The notes under the pieces: model-generated
The model's database searches: none
The model's input: the letters and a program-made list of their open reading frames with translations, nothing else
Told to the model about the DNA's origin: nothing
Made by a program: the position numbers and the translations under genes
DNA from: a virus
Direction: 5' to 3' (one strand)
Virus genome (UHGV): UHGV-0716684
Length of the DNA: 44,840 bases
Part shown: positions 25,982 through 34,879 of the stretch, in pieces
How positions within the stretch are numbered: position 1 is the stretch's first letter
Layout: each line of letters starts with the position of its first letter

Positions 25982-27150
25982 ATATGGCTACAACTCCTTT
26001 TAAGGGCGCGAATACTGCGCAATTCTATGTGGCAGAAACTACCCCGGGCGTAACACCGGCTAACCCGGTATGGTCGCCGTTGCGCAACACGGGCGGCGTT
26101 CCTGCCATTACCCGCGACACGCTGACCTCCAACGAACTTGACGGCAGCCGAGAAACCACATCCATCCGCACCGGTAACAAGCAGGTTAGCGGAGAATACG
26201 CTATTGAGCTTAGCTCTAAAAGTCAGGACGACTGGTTAGCCGGGGCTTTAGGCTCTACGTGGCAATCCGGCGTTTCCCTGTCAGGACTATCGATTACCGT
26301 CGCACCCGCGGGCAAGACGTTCACACGCGCTACCGGCAGTTTTATCACTGACGGAGTTGGGGTAGGCGACCTGATTGCGTTTACCGATTTAACAGGCGAT
26401 AACGCAAAACCATTTATTGTTACTGCAGTAACGGCTACGGTTGTTACTGGTGCGGGCATCCAACACACCCTGACCACCGAGACAAAAACTAGTAAGGCTA
26501 AAACTGGCGACACGTTGGAAACCGGTAACGCGTGTAAGACGTTCTCTATCCTTACCTGGTACAAAGGCCAGTGCGGCGGTACTGACGCGTACACGTTAAC
26601 CAAAGGCGTGGAAGTTTCTGGTTTTACCATCGAACAGGCTGTTAACGCGATGGTAACTGGCAGCTTCCCGTTCATCGGTCGCAGTCAGGAGATTCTCACC
26701 ACGCAGCCGTCTGGTTCTGATTTCTCCTCTGTTACGTTTGGTGACGAGCCATTCTCCTCGGTCGATGTTTCTGTGTTCGACGGTTCTACGCCGTTGCGTT
26801 GCGACAGCCTGACCATCGCCAACGACAACAGCGCGTCGGCGCAGTTCGAACTCGGCAACACTAACGTAGCGTTTGTGGAACGTAGCCGCGCGGCTAACAC
26901 CTTCTCCATCTCCGGCAAGCTGTACGACATGGCTATGATTCAGAAGTTTATCAACGAACAGCAGGTGGAGATTAACTCTATTCTGGCGGGGGTAAACGGG
27001 GCTATGTCTTTTAGTTTGAAACGCGCAGAACTCACGGCGGTTACACCTGAGATTGGTGGGCCTGAGTCAATTACCCAAAGTATAGAAGGGCAGTCCACAG
27101 GCAACCAGTATCAGTCGTCTATCGTAATTCAACGTATTAGTTACGCATAA
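25978..27150 (+). CDS. putative major tail protein
   Basis: 390 aa; last gene of the plus-strand head-tail operon, followed by conserved terminator. Confidence 0.6.
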   Translation: MNMATTPFKGANTAQFYVAETTPGVTPANPVWSPLRNTGGVPAITRDTLTSNELDGSRETTSIRTGNKQVSGEYAIELSSKSQDDWLAGALGSTWQSGVSLSGLSITVAPAGKTFTRATGSFITDGVGVGDLIAFTDLTGDNAKPFIVTAVTATVVTGAGIQHTLTTETKTSKAKTGDTLETGNACKTFSILTWYKGQCGGTDAYTLTKGVEVSGFTIEQAVNAMVTGSFPFIGRSQEILTTQPSGSDFSSVTFGDEPFSSVDVSVFDGSTPLRCDSLTIANDNSASAQFELGNTNVAFVERSRAANTFSISGKLYDMAMIQKFINEQQVEINSILAGVNGAMSFSLKRAELTAVTPEIGGPESITQSIEGQSTGNQYQSSIVIQRISYA

Positions 27151-27154
27151 AACT

Positions 27155-27179
27155 AAGGCCCCGAAAGGGGCCTTTTCTT
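27155..27179. terminator. conserved bidirectional terminator hairpin aaggccccgaaaggggcctt
   Basis: T-rich tract on both strands; convergent gene ends. Confidence 0.65.
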
Positions 27180-27396
27180 ACTCACTTTTGAACGGCATTT
27201 CGTAGAAGTTAGTTAACTGGCCTCGGTCCCTTCGTTCTGTCATTTCTTTAGAGGCCTCTTCCTTACTACTAACGGCATAAATATCAACCCACTCGTCCCA
27301 TTCTTCGTCGTATACTCGGATTACATATATTGTTTTCATAATATTTTCACTCATCAATATTGCTTCGGTATTCCCGTAACTTCTCCAGACTTTCAA
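27178..27396 (-). CDS. hypothetical protein (accessory island)
   Basis: 72 aa ORF on opposite strand within tail module. Confidence 0.45.
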   Translation of the reverse strand: MKVWRSYGNTEAILMSENIMKTIYVIRVYDEEWDEWVDIYAVSSKEEASKEMTERRDRGQLTNFYEMPFKSE

Positions 27397-27577
27397 TTGC
27401 TTCTGCTAAGTCGGTTCCGGTGTCCTTGTGTCCGCGCAAGCCCATGCACAATAACTTCTTTAACGCATGCTGTAGCGCCGGGTCACGGATATCGAAAGCA
27501 CGGAGCACATCATAAACGTCTACTGTCATGGTGCTGCCGTGAGTGTTTGTCATTGTGCGGTTGTATTTTGAAGTCAT
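27347..27577 (-). CDS. hypothetical protein (accessory island)
   Basis: 76 aa ORF. Confidence 0.45.
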   Translation of the reverse strand: MTSKYNRTMTNTHGSTMTVDVYDVLRAFDIRDPALQHALKKLLCMGLRGHKDTGTDLAEAIESLEKLREYRSNIDE

Positions 27578-27586
27578 CTCTACACC

Positions 27587-28087
27587 CTATTTATAACCGT
27601 TGTTGAATGTTGTCAGTCCATGATTTATGTGAAACCTATTAGCCACAGACATGTAAATTCTTTCAGCGAAAGCGTCCTCTATTCTGTCAAATGTTTTACT
27701 AATCTGCTTACCGTTGACAACGGCATAAGCTCTCCACTTAGTTTTTCCTTTCCGCGCCACACCCGTAACTCCAGAGGTATTATCTTTGCGCCTTTTCACG
27801 TTAACCATGTTGTCCCTTCTAGATTTGCATGACAGGTTTTCAATTCTGTCGTCACAGGTATCATGGTTAGTATGGTCTATGACAAATCCTTTTGGAATCT
27901 TACCTGAGAACATCTCATACACCACCCTCGACCTTTTAAACTTACGGTTACCAAACATGACATACCAATAGCCGTTTTTACACAAACTCCCGGCCACATC
28001 ACCTATATTCACATCGTTACGGCGACATGATTTGACTTTCCAGTATAGGACGCCATTTTTGTAGCTAAAAACCTCACTCCAATCCAT
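27587..28087 (-). CDS. HNH homing endonuclease with AP2 DNA-binding domain
   Basis: HNH_3 motif VIDHTNHDTCDDRIENLSCKSRRDN; AP2-like SGVTGVARKGKTKWRAYAVVNGKQISKTFDRIEDA. Confidence 0.75.
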   Translation of the reverse strand: MDWSEVFSYKNGVLYWKVKSCRRNDVNIGDVAGSLCKNGYWYVMFGNRKFKRSRVVYEMFSGKIPKGFVIDHTNHDTCDDRIENLSCKSRRDNMVNVKRRKDNTSGVTGVARKGKTKWRAYAVVNGKQISKTFDRIEDAFAERIYMSVANRFHINHGLTTFNNGYK

Positions 28088-28102
28088 ACTTTCACCTATA
28101 TT

Positions 28103-29257
28103 TTAGTATGTCGATTTTGGGTTTATGTCTCGCAGCATTTCGACAGGTATACTTATGCGGGACACCTCCCCGTAACGTTTGTGGTATGTAATCACATTTG
28201 CGCTTCTACCTGAATAATAGCCGCCCTTACTAGAATACTCATCTTTAGCCGCTAATGTCTGGTGTTGCTCAACAATTAGCAGATTAGTCTCTTTAACCGC
28301 CCTGTGATGGAGGTGCCCCGTATGGACATATGTGAACTTACACCGCCCGTACATCTCCCGGTACTTACCGATTATAGCCTGCTCTACCTTAGCAAAGTTA
28401 GAACAATGCCCGTGATGTGCTGAAATCATACAATCCCCGAACTTGTACGCATAATACGGTGACACCTCCCGGTTAACCTCGACGCGAGGCTCATTTGTGT
28501 ATACCTCGTAGAACATCTCCCGGAGCCACAGAGAAGAACTAAGGTCGTGGTTACCTTCACAGATAAGAAGTTTAACCTTCTTGTGTTTTCGCAAGCACAG
28601 TGAGACAGCCAGCTTGATAACCTTAATGGCCGTGCGTATCATTTTAAACAGGCGACTATCCGCTGAAAGAATATGACCGCTCATAGGGGTCATTGCCTTC
28701 ATGCCGTCGTAGTGCATTTGGTCCCCTAAGAAGTTAATGATACATTCACCACTCTGTGGACTCATACAAACCGCACTGTTGAACCAGTCAACCGCGAGAG
28801 ATTCCGCGATTGTGGTGTCGTAATCATCCCCGCCTTCTTCTTGACACGCCAACATCCCTATGTGATGGTCTGTTATTGTGTAAAGATTTAATAAGTCGTC
28901 ATCTGTCCCATTTTTGGCCAAAGTGACTGGCTTATACTTGGGTAAATCTTTTTTCATCTCGTCCACAACGGCTTTCATTAACTCGACCTGACGTTCCGCA
29001 TCGGTGTCGGTCTTAACCCATTGCAGTTTAGTGTTGCCTAACTCATCAACCAGAGACGATGTACCCTTAATCTTGTAGCCGTCCGGCACAAGGTGGCTAA
29101 CGTCACGCCCGTGGCCTACGCCTTTCTTCGCTAGTTTCGCTTTACGGATACGAATAACGCGGTCTGAGATGCCGTATTTACGAGCAATGTCGATATTCTT
29201 CATCCCAGCGTTCAATTCTTCCTGTAACTGTTCGTCGGTTATTTTCTTCTGGGCCAT
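28103..29257 (-). CDS. HTH-fused calcineurin-like metallophosphoesterase
   Basis: N-terminal HTH (IDIARKYGISDRVI); phosphoesterase motifs TDHH, GDQMHYDG, GNHD, HTGHLHH. Confidence 0.65.
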   Translation of the reverse strand: MAQKKITDEQLQEELNAGMKNIDIARKYGISDRVIRIRKAKLAKKGVGHGRDVSHLVPDGYKIKGTSSLVDELGNTKLQWVKTDTDAERQVELMKAVVDEMKKDLPKYKPVTLAKNGTDDDLLNLYTITDHHIGMLACQEEGGDDYDTTIAESLAVDWFNSAVCMSPQSGECIINFLGDQMHYDGMKAMTPMSGHILSADSRLFKMIRTAIKVIKLAVSLCLRKHKKVKLLICEGNHDLSSSLWLREMFYEVYTNEPRVEVNREVSPYYAYKFGDCMISAHHGHCSNFAKVEQAIIGKYREMYGRCKFTYVHTGHLHHRAVKETNLLIVEQHQTLAAKDEYSSKGGYYSGRSANVITYHKRYGEVSRISIPVEMLRDINPKSTY

Positions 29258-29322
29258 GCCTATTTCCTCGTGTTTAGGATTTGTCCTATTTAACCACAGT
29301 GCATTCCTTTAAATAAAGGCAA

Positions 29323-29649
29323 CTATTTACTTTCTGCGCCTATTGACCATCCGGTTGTAACCATTTGCAAACGAGTGGCTAACAGTAGGCTGCTGAAAGT
29401 GGGGCTGTTAACATCTACAGACTCAACAACAAGGGATGTCATCAATTCAAGACCAAGGCCAGACCCGCCAGCGCGCACGGCAGCATTACATTCGCGAATA
29501 GCAGCGGTTTTAAACGCACTAACGGCAGACGGAGGGGCTGAATCAAGCACCCCGGAAGTTACTAAAGGGGTTTCACTATATACTTGCTCACACTGGGACC
29601 CTACCGCGCAAAAAGAAATAAGACCCATGGCTATGATTAATTTACGCAT
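29323..29649 (-). CDS. small secreted/periplasmic protein
   Basis: 108 aa; N-terminal signal peptide MRKLIIAMGLISFCAVG; first gene downstream of promoter at 29690-29718. Confidence 0.5.
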   Translation of the reverse strand: MRKLIIAMGLISFCAVGSQCEQVYSETPLVTSGVLDSAPPSAVSAFKTAAIRECNAAVRAGGSGLGLELMTSLVVESVDVNSPTFSSLLLATRLQMVTTGWSIGAESK

Positions 29650-29689
29650 TTTAATTCCTTATTTAAGTTAATAACGTTGGTGTAAGTGA

Positions 29690-29718
29690 ATAGTACCCTA
29701 TTATATTGGGGTGTGCAA
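29690..29718 (-). promoter_or_regulatory. promoter TTGCAC-N17-TACTAT with GAATAG-N4-CTATT palindrome
   Basis: Reverse complement TTGCACaccccaatataatagggTACTATtcac; essentially identical to 6855-6883. Confidence 0.5.
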
Positions 29719-29826
29719 GTAGTGTGTTAGAATAATTTTGCACCTAGTGTCGCGCACGAAAAGCGGTTGGTTACCGCCTGGTGCATTTCTCTTTAACCAA
29801 CAACCTCTTAACCAAAGGATTAAAGA

Positions 29827-30243
29827 ATGAAACTTTCTGATTTTTATTTCGCGTCCCGCCACGCTGCGGGAACTAAGATGCCTATCCTGCTACCGGACGG
29901 CAGTGACTCAGGGGAGTGGTTGCAGGTGATGGGGCCTGACTGCGACGACTCAATCGCCGCAGCTAAGGATTTTATCTCCGCTTACCGCGACATCCTTGAC
30001 CGCCTGAAACCGCTCGACGCGGAGTGCCGCGAGAAAGGGGACTGGGCGCGCTATAACACGGAATTAAACAGTGAATTGGCTAAACTTAACGATGCACTTG
30101 CTGCCGTTGTTGTTGTAGGGTGGTCCTTCGAGGAGAAGTTCACTAAGAAAGCGTTGGTCAAGCTGTTGAAGGAGTATAAAGGGTTGGGAGGGGCTGTCGC
30201 TCAACACCATGCTGAGAGCCGCAAAGCTTTATCTGTAAAGTAG
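29827..30243 (+). CDS. putative tail assembly chaperone
   Basis: 138 aa ORF directly upstream of tape measure gene; AAGGA RBS. Confidence 0.5.
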   Translation: MKLSDFYFASRHAAGTKMPILLPDGSDSGEWLQVMGPDCDDSIAAAKDFISAYRDILDRLKPLDAECREKGDWARYNTELNSELAKLNDALAAVVVVGWSFEEKFTKKALVKLLKEYKGLGGAVAQHHAESRKALSVK

Positions 30244-30602
30244 AAGCGCTTTACGAATATGCGAGGTATCGCTGGGTTATACGGCAAAGGAGACGTGAGT
30301 TCGACTCCATCGCCGACGGGCACAAGGCCGCTATGGCGGCTATGGGGTTACCTGTACCGAAGGAGCCTGAGGAAACCCCGCCGGAATGCCCGAGCGATAT
30401 GATGAAAATAATGGATAAATACTACGCATTGAAGTTTGTAAGCCGCAATAATGTGCTAATACCAAGGGAAATGCTCCAATATCACCACCTTACAGCGTAC
30501 GCAGAGTTGCATAAACAGCCGTTCTCGTTGCTTGAGGTAGACTTAATAATGGGCCTAGACGCACTGTTCGAAGGCCGTAATGAGGACGATTATAATGGCT
30601 GA
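30216..30602 (+). CDS. possible frameshift extension of tail assembly chaperone (GT-like), or separate small ORF from ATG 30333
   Basis: Frame is open from 30216, overlapping the last 28 nt of the chaperone ORF in the -1 frame, and ends just inside the tape measure gene. Confidence 0.35.
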   Translation, partial: EPQSFICKVEALYEYARYRWVIRQRRREFDSIADGHKAAMAAMGLPVPKEPEETPPECPSDMMKIMDKYYALKFVSRNNVLIPREMLQYHHLTAYAELHKQPFSLLEVDLIMGLDALFEGRNEDDYNG

Positions 30603-32598
30603 TACCGCGAGTTTAATGGTGCGAGTCCAGGCAACTGGAGCGGAGCAAGCAGCAAAGCAGTTAGATAACCTTAGTAGTTCCGCTGGGAAAGCGGATTCCA
30701 GCACAAAGAAACTAACGGACACCACCTCCGCGGCAACCCCGAAGATGAACGCGATGCGGGCGTCAATAGGTAATGCTGGGTATCAGGTACAGGACTTTAT
30801 CGTACAAATCCAAGGGGGGCAGTCCGCCCTCACGGCTTTCACGCAACAAGGTAGTCAGTTAGTGTCCGCATTCAATCCAATTGCGGGCACGGTATTGACT
30901 ATCGCCACCGTAATCGGCGGCGCGCTGTACGCGTCTTTGAGTAACTCAACGGATACCGCTAAACAACTGGAGGAAGCTACTAAGTTCCTTGATGACGCTC
31001 TTAATGAGGCCACACCCGGTGTGTATGACATGAATGACGCACTGGAAAAACTGGACGCTGTCGGGGCAACAACAGCGGAGAAGATGGCATTTCTTAATAA
31101 GGCACTAGAGGCAACCGCCATACAGGCTAACTCCACCGCAGATAAGATTGTTGAAGCTATTGATAAGGTAACAAAAGCCCAATCTCTGTTTCAGAAGTTG
31201 ACCACCAACCTTGCCGCATCACAGATAGCCCAAGGCGGGGACGCTGCCGGGGCCGTGGCTTTCCAGTACGAATCCGCTGCGGAAGCTGCGGGGTTGACCG
31301 CCAAAGAGTTACGCAGTATTGAAGTTGCTCAGAAAGCAATCGCAGCTGGGGTTCCTGGAGCTCGAGAAGGGCTGGTCGCCTACCTGGACGGCATAAACGC
31401 CAAAACGCCAGAAGCGCAGATGGAAATAAATAAACTGCGAAATGAACTTAACTACCTTGGTGTGGAGGAAAAGACCCGCGCAGCCGAGCGAAAAGGGGTA
31501 GAGCAATCTGAGAAGACGTATGAAAAGGATAAGGCGGACAGGGCACAGAAGGAAATAGACAGGCAGAATCGTATCGCTGCCGCAGCTAAGAAACGAGCAG
31601 ATGCTCAAGCCCGCGCCGACGCTCGCGCGCAGGAAAGCGCACAGAAAGCCGCAGACCAGTTTATAGCTCAAATAGACACAAACACCGGAACAGAGTTAGA
31701 ACGGATAGACGCCAAAGAGAAACAGAAACTGGCTAAATTGCAGGAGTTCCACGACAAGCAACTCGTAAGCGACGCTGACTACGAGAAGTCGAAAAGTGAC
31801 ATCATGGCGGAGTTTCAGGCACAACGAGATGCGCTGTATAACAATGCTGATGCATATCTGGAGAAACTACAGGCGCTTGGTGGCACAGAGTTCGAGGAAA
31901 TCCAACGGCAGAATGACGCCAAACTTAAGCAACTGGACGATTTCCTTAAACAGAAACTAATCAGCGAAGAAGAATACGCTAATGCAGTGCGTAACCTGAA
32001 CGAACAGAGCAATATTGCACAAGCCAACGCCACCGCCGACGCATTCGGCAGCATGGCAGCGGATGCTAAATCCGCACTGGGGGAGACGTCCGCTGCGTAC
32101 AAAGCGTTCGCCATAACGCAAGCGACTATTGCCACTTACACGGCTGCTATCGAAGCCTATAAATCAACTGCTGCTATTCCAATTGTCGGCCCGGCACTCG
32201 CTCCGGTTGCCGCGGGTCTGGCTGTCGCGGCGGGGGTGGCGAACATCGCCAAGATTAGCGGCGCGCGTGAGCAAGGCGGGCAAATGAACGCTGGCGGTAG
32301 TTACCTGGTTGGTGAACGCGGCCCTGAGATTATCAAGATGGCGGGTTCTGGCAGGGCGACCAATGCAAGTCAAACACGGCAGCAGTTAAACGGTAATAAT
32401 AGCGGAAATAGTGGCCCATCTAATGTTACTATCGTAAACAACACGAGTTCTCAAATCGGCAACGTATCCACTGAGCAAGATGATGAGGGCCGTTTGCGTA
32501 TCATCATTGAAGAACAGGTTGCCGCGTCTTTGCAGAACAGCAACAGTAAGATTAGCAAGGCTCGCAAGGCCACAAGAAACGCGCCGGGGTTCAAATAA
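30595..32598 (+). CDS. tail tape measure protein
   Basis: About 670 aa, long coiled-coil-like A/E/K/Q-rich sequence with Gly/Ala-rich hydrophobic segment near C-terminus; canonical position. Confidence 0.8.
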   Translation: MADTASLMVRVQATGAEQAAKQLDNLSSSAGKADSSTKKLTDTTSAATPKMNAMRASIGNAGYQVQDFIVQIQGGQSALTAFTQQGSQLVSAFNPIAGTVLTIATVIGGALYASLSNSTDTAKQLEEATKFLDDALNEATPGVYDMNDALEKLDAVGATTAEKMAFLNKALEATAIQANSTADKIVEAIDKVTKAQSLFQKLTTNLAASQIAQGGDAAGAVAFQYESAAEAAGLTAKELRSIEVAQKAIAAGVPGAREGLVAYLDGINAKTPEAQMEINKLRNELNYLGVEEKTRAAERKGVEQSEKTYEKDKADRAQKEIDRQNRIAAAAKKRADAQARADARAQESAQKAADQFIAQIDTNTGTELERIDAKEKQKLAKLQEFHDKQLVSDADYEKSKSDIMAEFQAQRDALYNNADAYLEKLQALGGTEFEEIQRQNDAKLKQLDDFLKQKLISEEEYANAVRNLNEQSNIAQANATADAFGSMAADAKSALGETSAAYKAFAITQATIATYTAAIEAYKSTAAIPIVGPALAPVAAGLAVAAGVANIAKISGAREQGGQMNAGGSYLVGERGPEIIKMAGSGRATNASQTRQQLNGNNSGNSGPSNVTIVNNTSSQIGNVSTEQDDEGRLRIIIEEQVAASLQNSNSKISKARKATRNAPGFK

Positions 32599-33998
32599 TG
32601 AGCGACTTATATTTCCCACGTAGCCTTAAGCCAATTGTATCGAAAGGCTACTCGATGACCAGACGTAACAACGTCTGGAGCGTTGATTTAGCTGGTGGCG
32701 GTGTACGTCAGGGGCGCGACACGTATTACGACGTGTTCCCGGTGAGCGTAACCCTGATTACATCCGCAATGGGGCGACAGGCGTTTCTGTCGTTCCTCGA
32801 AAAAGTAGACGGCGGTGCGTCAAGTTTCTGGATGGCGCACGACTTCGGCATGGGCATCGAAGATTATCAGGTAACCATTACGTCCACTATCGCCGAGTCC
32901 ACCGAAGACGGGATTAACTGGACAATTACCTTCACGGCAACCGCCGAGAAATCGCCGTTCCAGGACCTTGAGAACCAGTGCCTGATTAACAATCTTCCGG
33001 ATTTGTACGGCTGTTACGGGGATTGTCTGGGTAGTTTCCTGAAAATATACGCGAACTATGAGACGACGTTCCCTCGCATCTGGAGCAATGAAGGCCCCGC
33101 CGGGTATCCGCCGATTAACCTTCTGGCGTCGACTCTTGATAGCCGCATTGTGTATGAGGGGCCACAGGTTTATTACATCAACCGCAATGGTAATCTTGTA
33201 CAGTCCGCCGCCAATGAATGGCCTCTTACGTTTATTGACGGGGTTGCCGCCGGGCGCGTGCCACCAGAGGTATCAGTAACTAACAGATTCCTATATTCAA
33301 GCAATTTCTCTTCGTCAAACTGGAACAAAGGTTTGGTGAGTGTATCAGTATCTGAAACAGGTGTTTTAACAGCCGCTGGCACGTACGACGTAACTGCTAC
33401 CGCCGCACGCGGTAACCACCTAATAAACCAGACTGTAGATGTTAGCGTTGGTGTTGGCGACATGGTTACTTTTAGTTTCTTCGCAAAAGCAAACGGATAC
33501 AATTTCATACGGATGTACGTGCGAGAACTTCCTACAGTATTAGGCTCGGCAGTTGTTGATTTGCGGGATGGTAGCATTTATTCCGGCCCAGGCGGTACAG
33601 ATGTAACCGACGTAGGCGGAGGGTGGTTCCGAATATCGGAGACGATCACCGCGACAGAAGATAAAACAATGAGCATACGGATGGACGCATGGATATATTC
33701 AGACGGAGTTACCGGATCCTTTACGGGGGATGGCGTTTCAGGGATTAAATTATCCGCGGCTACTGTAGAGGTAAACCAAAATACAACATCACCAATAATT
33801 ACGTCGGCGTCTCCTGTAACACGCCCAGCGCCATCGGCAAAAGTAGTAATGAACGGCGCGACAAGTATCGACATCACCTATTCCGACGGCTCCGTGATAA
33901 ACGTTCAGGCTGTAGATGATTACGCGACTATCCCTCAGGCCGATTCTGCGTGGGGTAGTAAATATATCACTCGTATTGATTTTAATGTGGACGGCTAA
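32598..33998 (+). CDS. distal tail protein (lambda gpM-like N-terminal domain with C-terminal extension)
   Basis: 466 aa; N-terminus MSDLYFPRSLKPIVSKGYSMTRRNNVWSVDLAGGG resembles the minor tail protein M family; directly after tape measure. Confidence 0.55.
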   Translation: MSDLYFPRSLKPIVSKGYSMTRRNNVWSVDLAGGGVRQGRDTYYDVFPVSVTLITSAMGRQAFLSFLEKVDGGASSFWMAHDFGMGIEDYQVTITSTIAESTEDGINWTITFTATAEKSPFQDLENQCLINNLPDLYGCYGDCLGSFLKIYANYETTFPRIWSNEGPAGYPPINLLASTLDSRIVYEGPQVYYINRNGNLVQSAANEWPLTFIDGVAAGRVPPEVSVTNRFLYSSNFSSSNWNKGLVSVSVSETGVLTAAGTYDVTATAARGNHLINQTVDVSVGVGDMVTFSFFAKANGYNFIRMYVRELPTVLGSAVVDLRDGSIYSGPGGTDVTDVGGGWFRISETITATEDKTMSIRMDAWIYSDGVTGSFTGDGVSGIKLSAATVEVNQNTTSPIITSASPVTRPAPSAKVVMNGATSIDITYSDGSVINVQAVDDYATIPQADSAWGSKYITRIDFNVDG

Positions 33999-34001
33999 CT
34001 T

Positions 34002-34517
34002 ATGAGTCAGGAATCAGTAGAAGCTGCCTATCGCCGTAAGTTGGCATCAAATCCCGACGGCGAGATAGACTACATCACGTTGCAAATCAGCCACCCGTTG
34101 TTGTCAAAGACGTACTATCTTGTTCGTGGGCTACAGGAACTTACGGCGACACTGGAAACCGGCGAAACTATCACATTCGAACCCACCCCGATGGAGGCGT
34201 CCGGGGCCGCTAACAACAGCGATATGGACCAGACGACGACGTTTACACTACCGGATATTCTCAATCAACTTGATGATGAGATGGATAAAATCCCGATGAG
34301 TAACACCGAGTTGCCGAAGTTTGTATTCCGCCGTTACGTCGGCACCGACCTGTCTTATCCTGCGGACGGCCCTGTCGTGTACGAGTTACAGGCCATCAAT
34401 CAGGAGAAAGGCGAGTTTTCCGCAGATGTCGGTACACCTATGCTGAACCAACGAAGCACTGGTATACTGATGACACCTAAAGAGATACCGTTATTACGCG
34501 GCCTGTTGACCACATGA
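34002..34517 (+). CDS. minor tail protein
   Basis: 171 aa ORF in tail tip block. Confidence 0.45.
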   Translation: MSQESVEAAYRRKLASNPDGEIDYITLQISHPLLSKTYYLVRGLQELTATLETGETITFEPTPMEASGAANNSDMDQTTTFTLPDILNQLDDEMDKIPMSNTELPKFVFRRYVGTDLSYPADGPVVYELQAINQEKGEFSADVGTPMLNQRSTGILMTPKEIPLLRGLLTT

Positions 34518-34879
34518 ATATTAACGACTACACGGGCATACCTTACGACTTTCGCAAACGCAATTGCTGGCATCACGTGCGCATTGTCCGCGCGGATGCC
34601 GGGTTAGAAACCCCTGCGTTCGACGTTACAAGCCCAACGGCAATTAACGAAGCGTTTGACGAAGGCCGCCGTGACACGAAGGGGCTTACAAAAATTGATA
34701 AGCCTGAAAACTTCTGCGCGGTGCTTATGGGTTATCGCCGCGGGGGTCGTATCGTGTGGCATGCGGGAGTTTACTTCGACGGGATGGTGAGTCATTGCGA
34801 GCTTGCATCCCGCCAGGTACGGCTTGACAGGCTGGCGGACCTCAGAGACACGTACACGGAGATTGAATTTTGGCGATAA
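34514..34879 (+). CDS. tail assembly protein with NlpC/P60-like Cys-His motif (gpK-like)
   Basis: 121 aa; NCWHHV and HAGVYFDGMVSHCE motifs. Confidence 0.45.
   Translation: MNINDYTGIPYDFRKRNCWHHVRIVRADAGLETPAFDVTSPTAINEAFDEGRRDTKGLTKIDKPENFCAVLMGYRRGGRIVWHAGVYFDGMVSHCELASRQVRLDRLADLRDTYTEIEFWR

Noticed and set aside
30283-30320. tRNA-like T-arm sequence gagttcgactcc in the gap between the chaperone ORF and the downstream ORF
   Set aside because: No 5-bp T-stem pairs around the candidate loop and no acceptor or anticodon arms could be built; more likely part of an RNA structure or coding sequence
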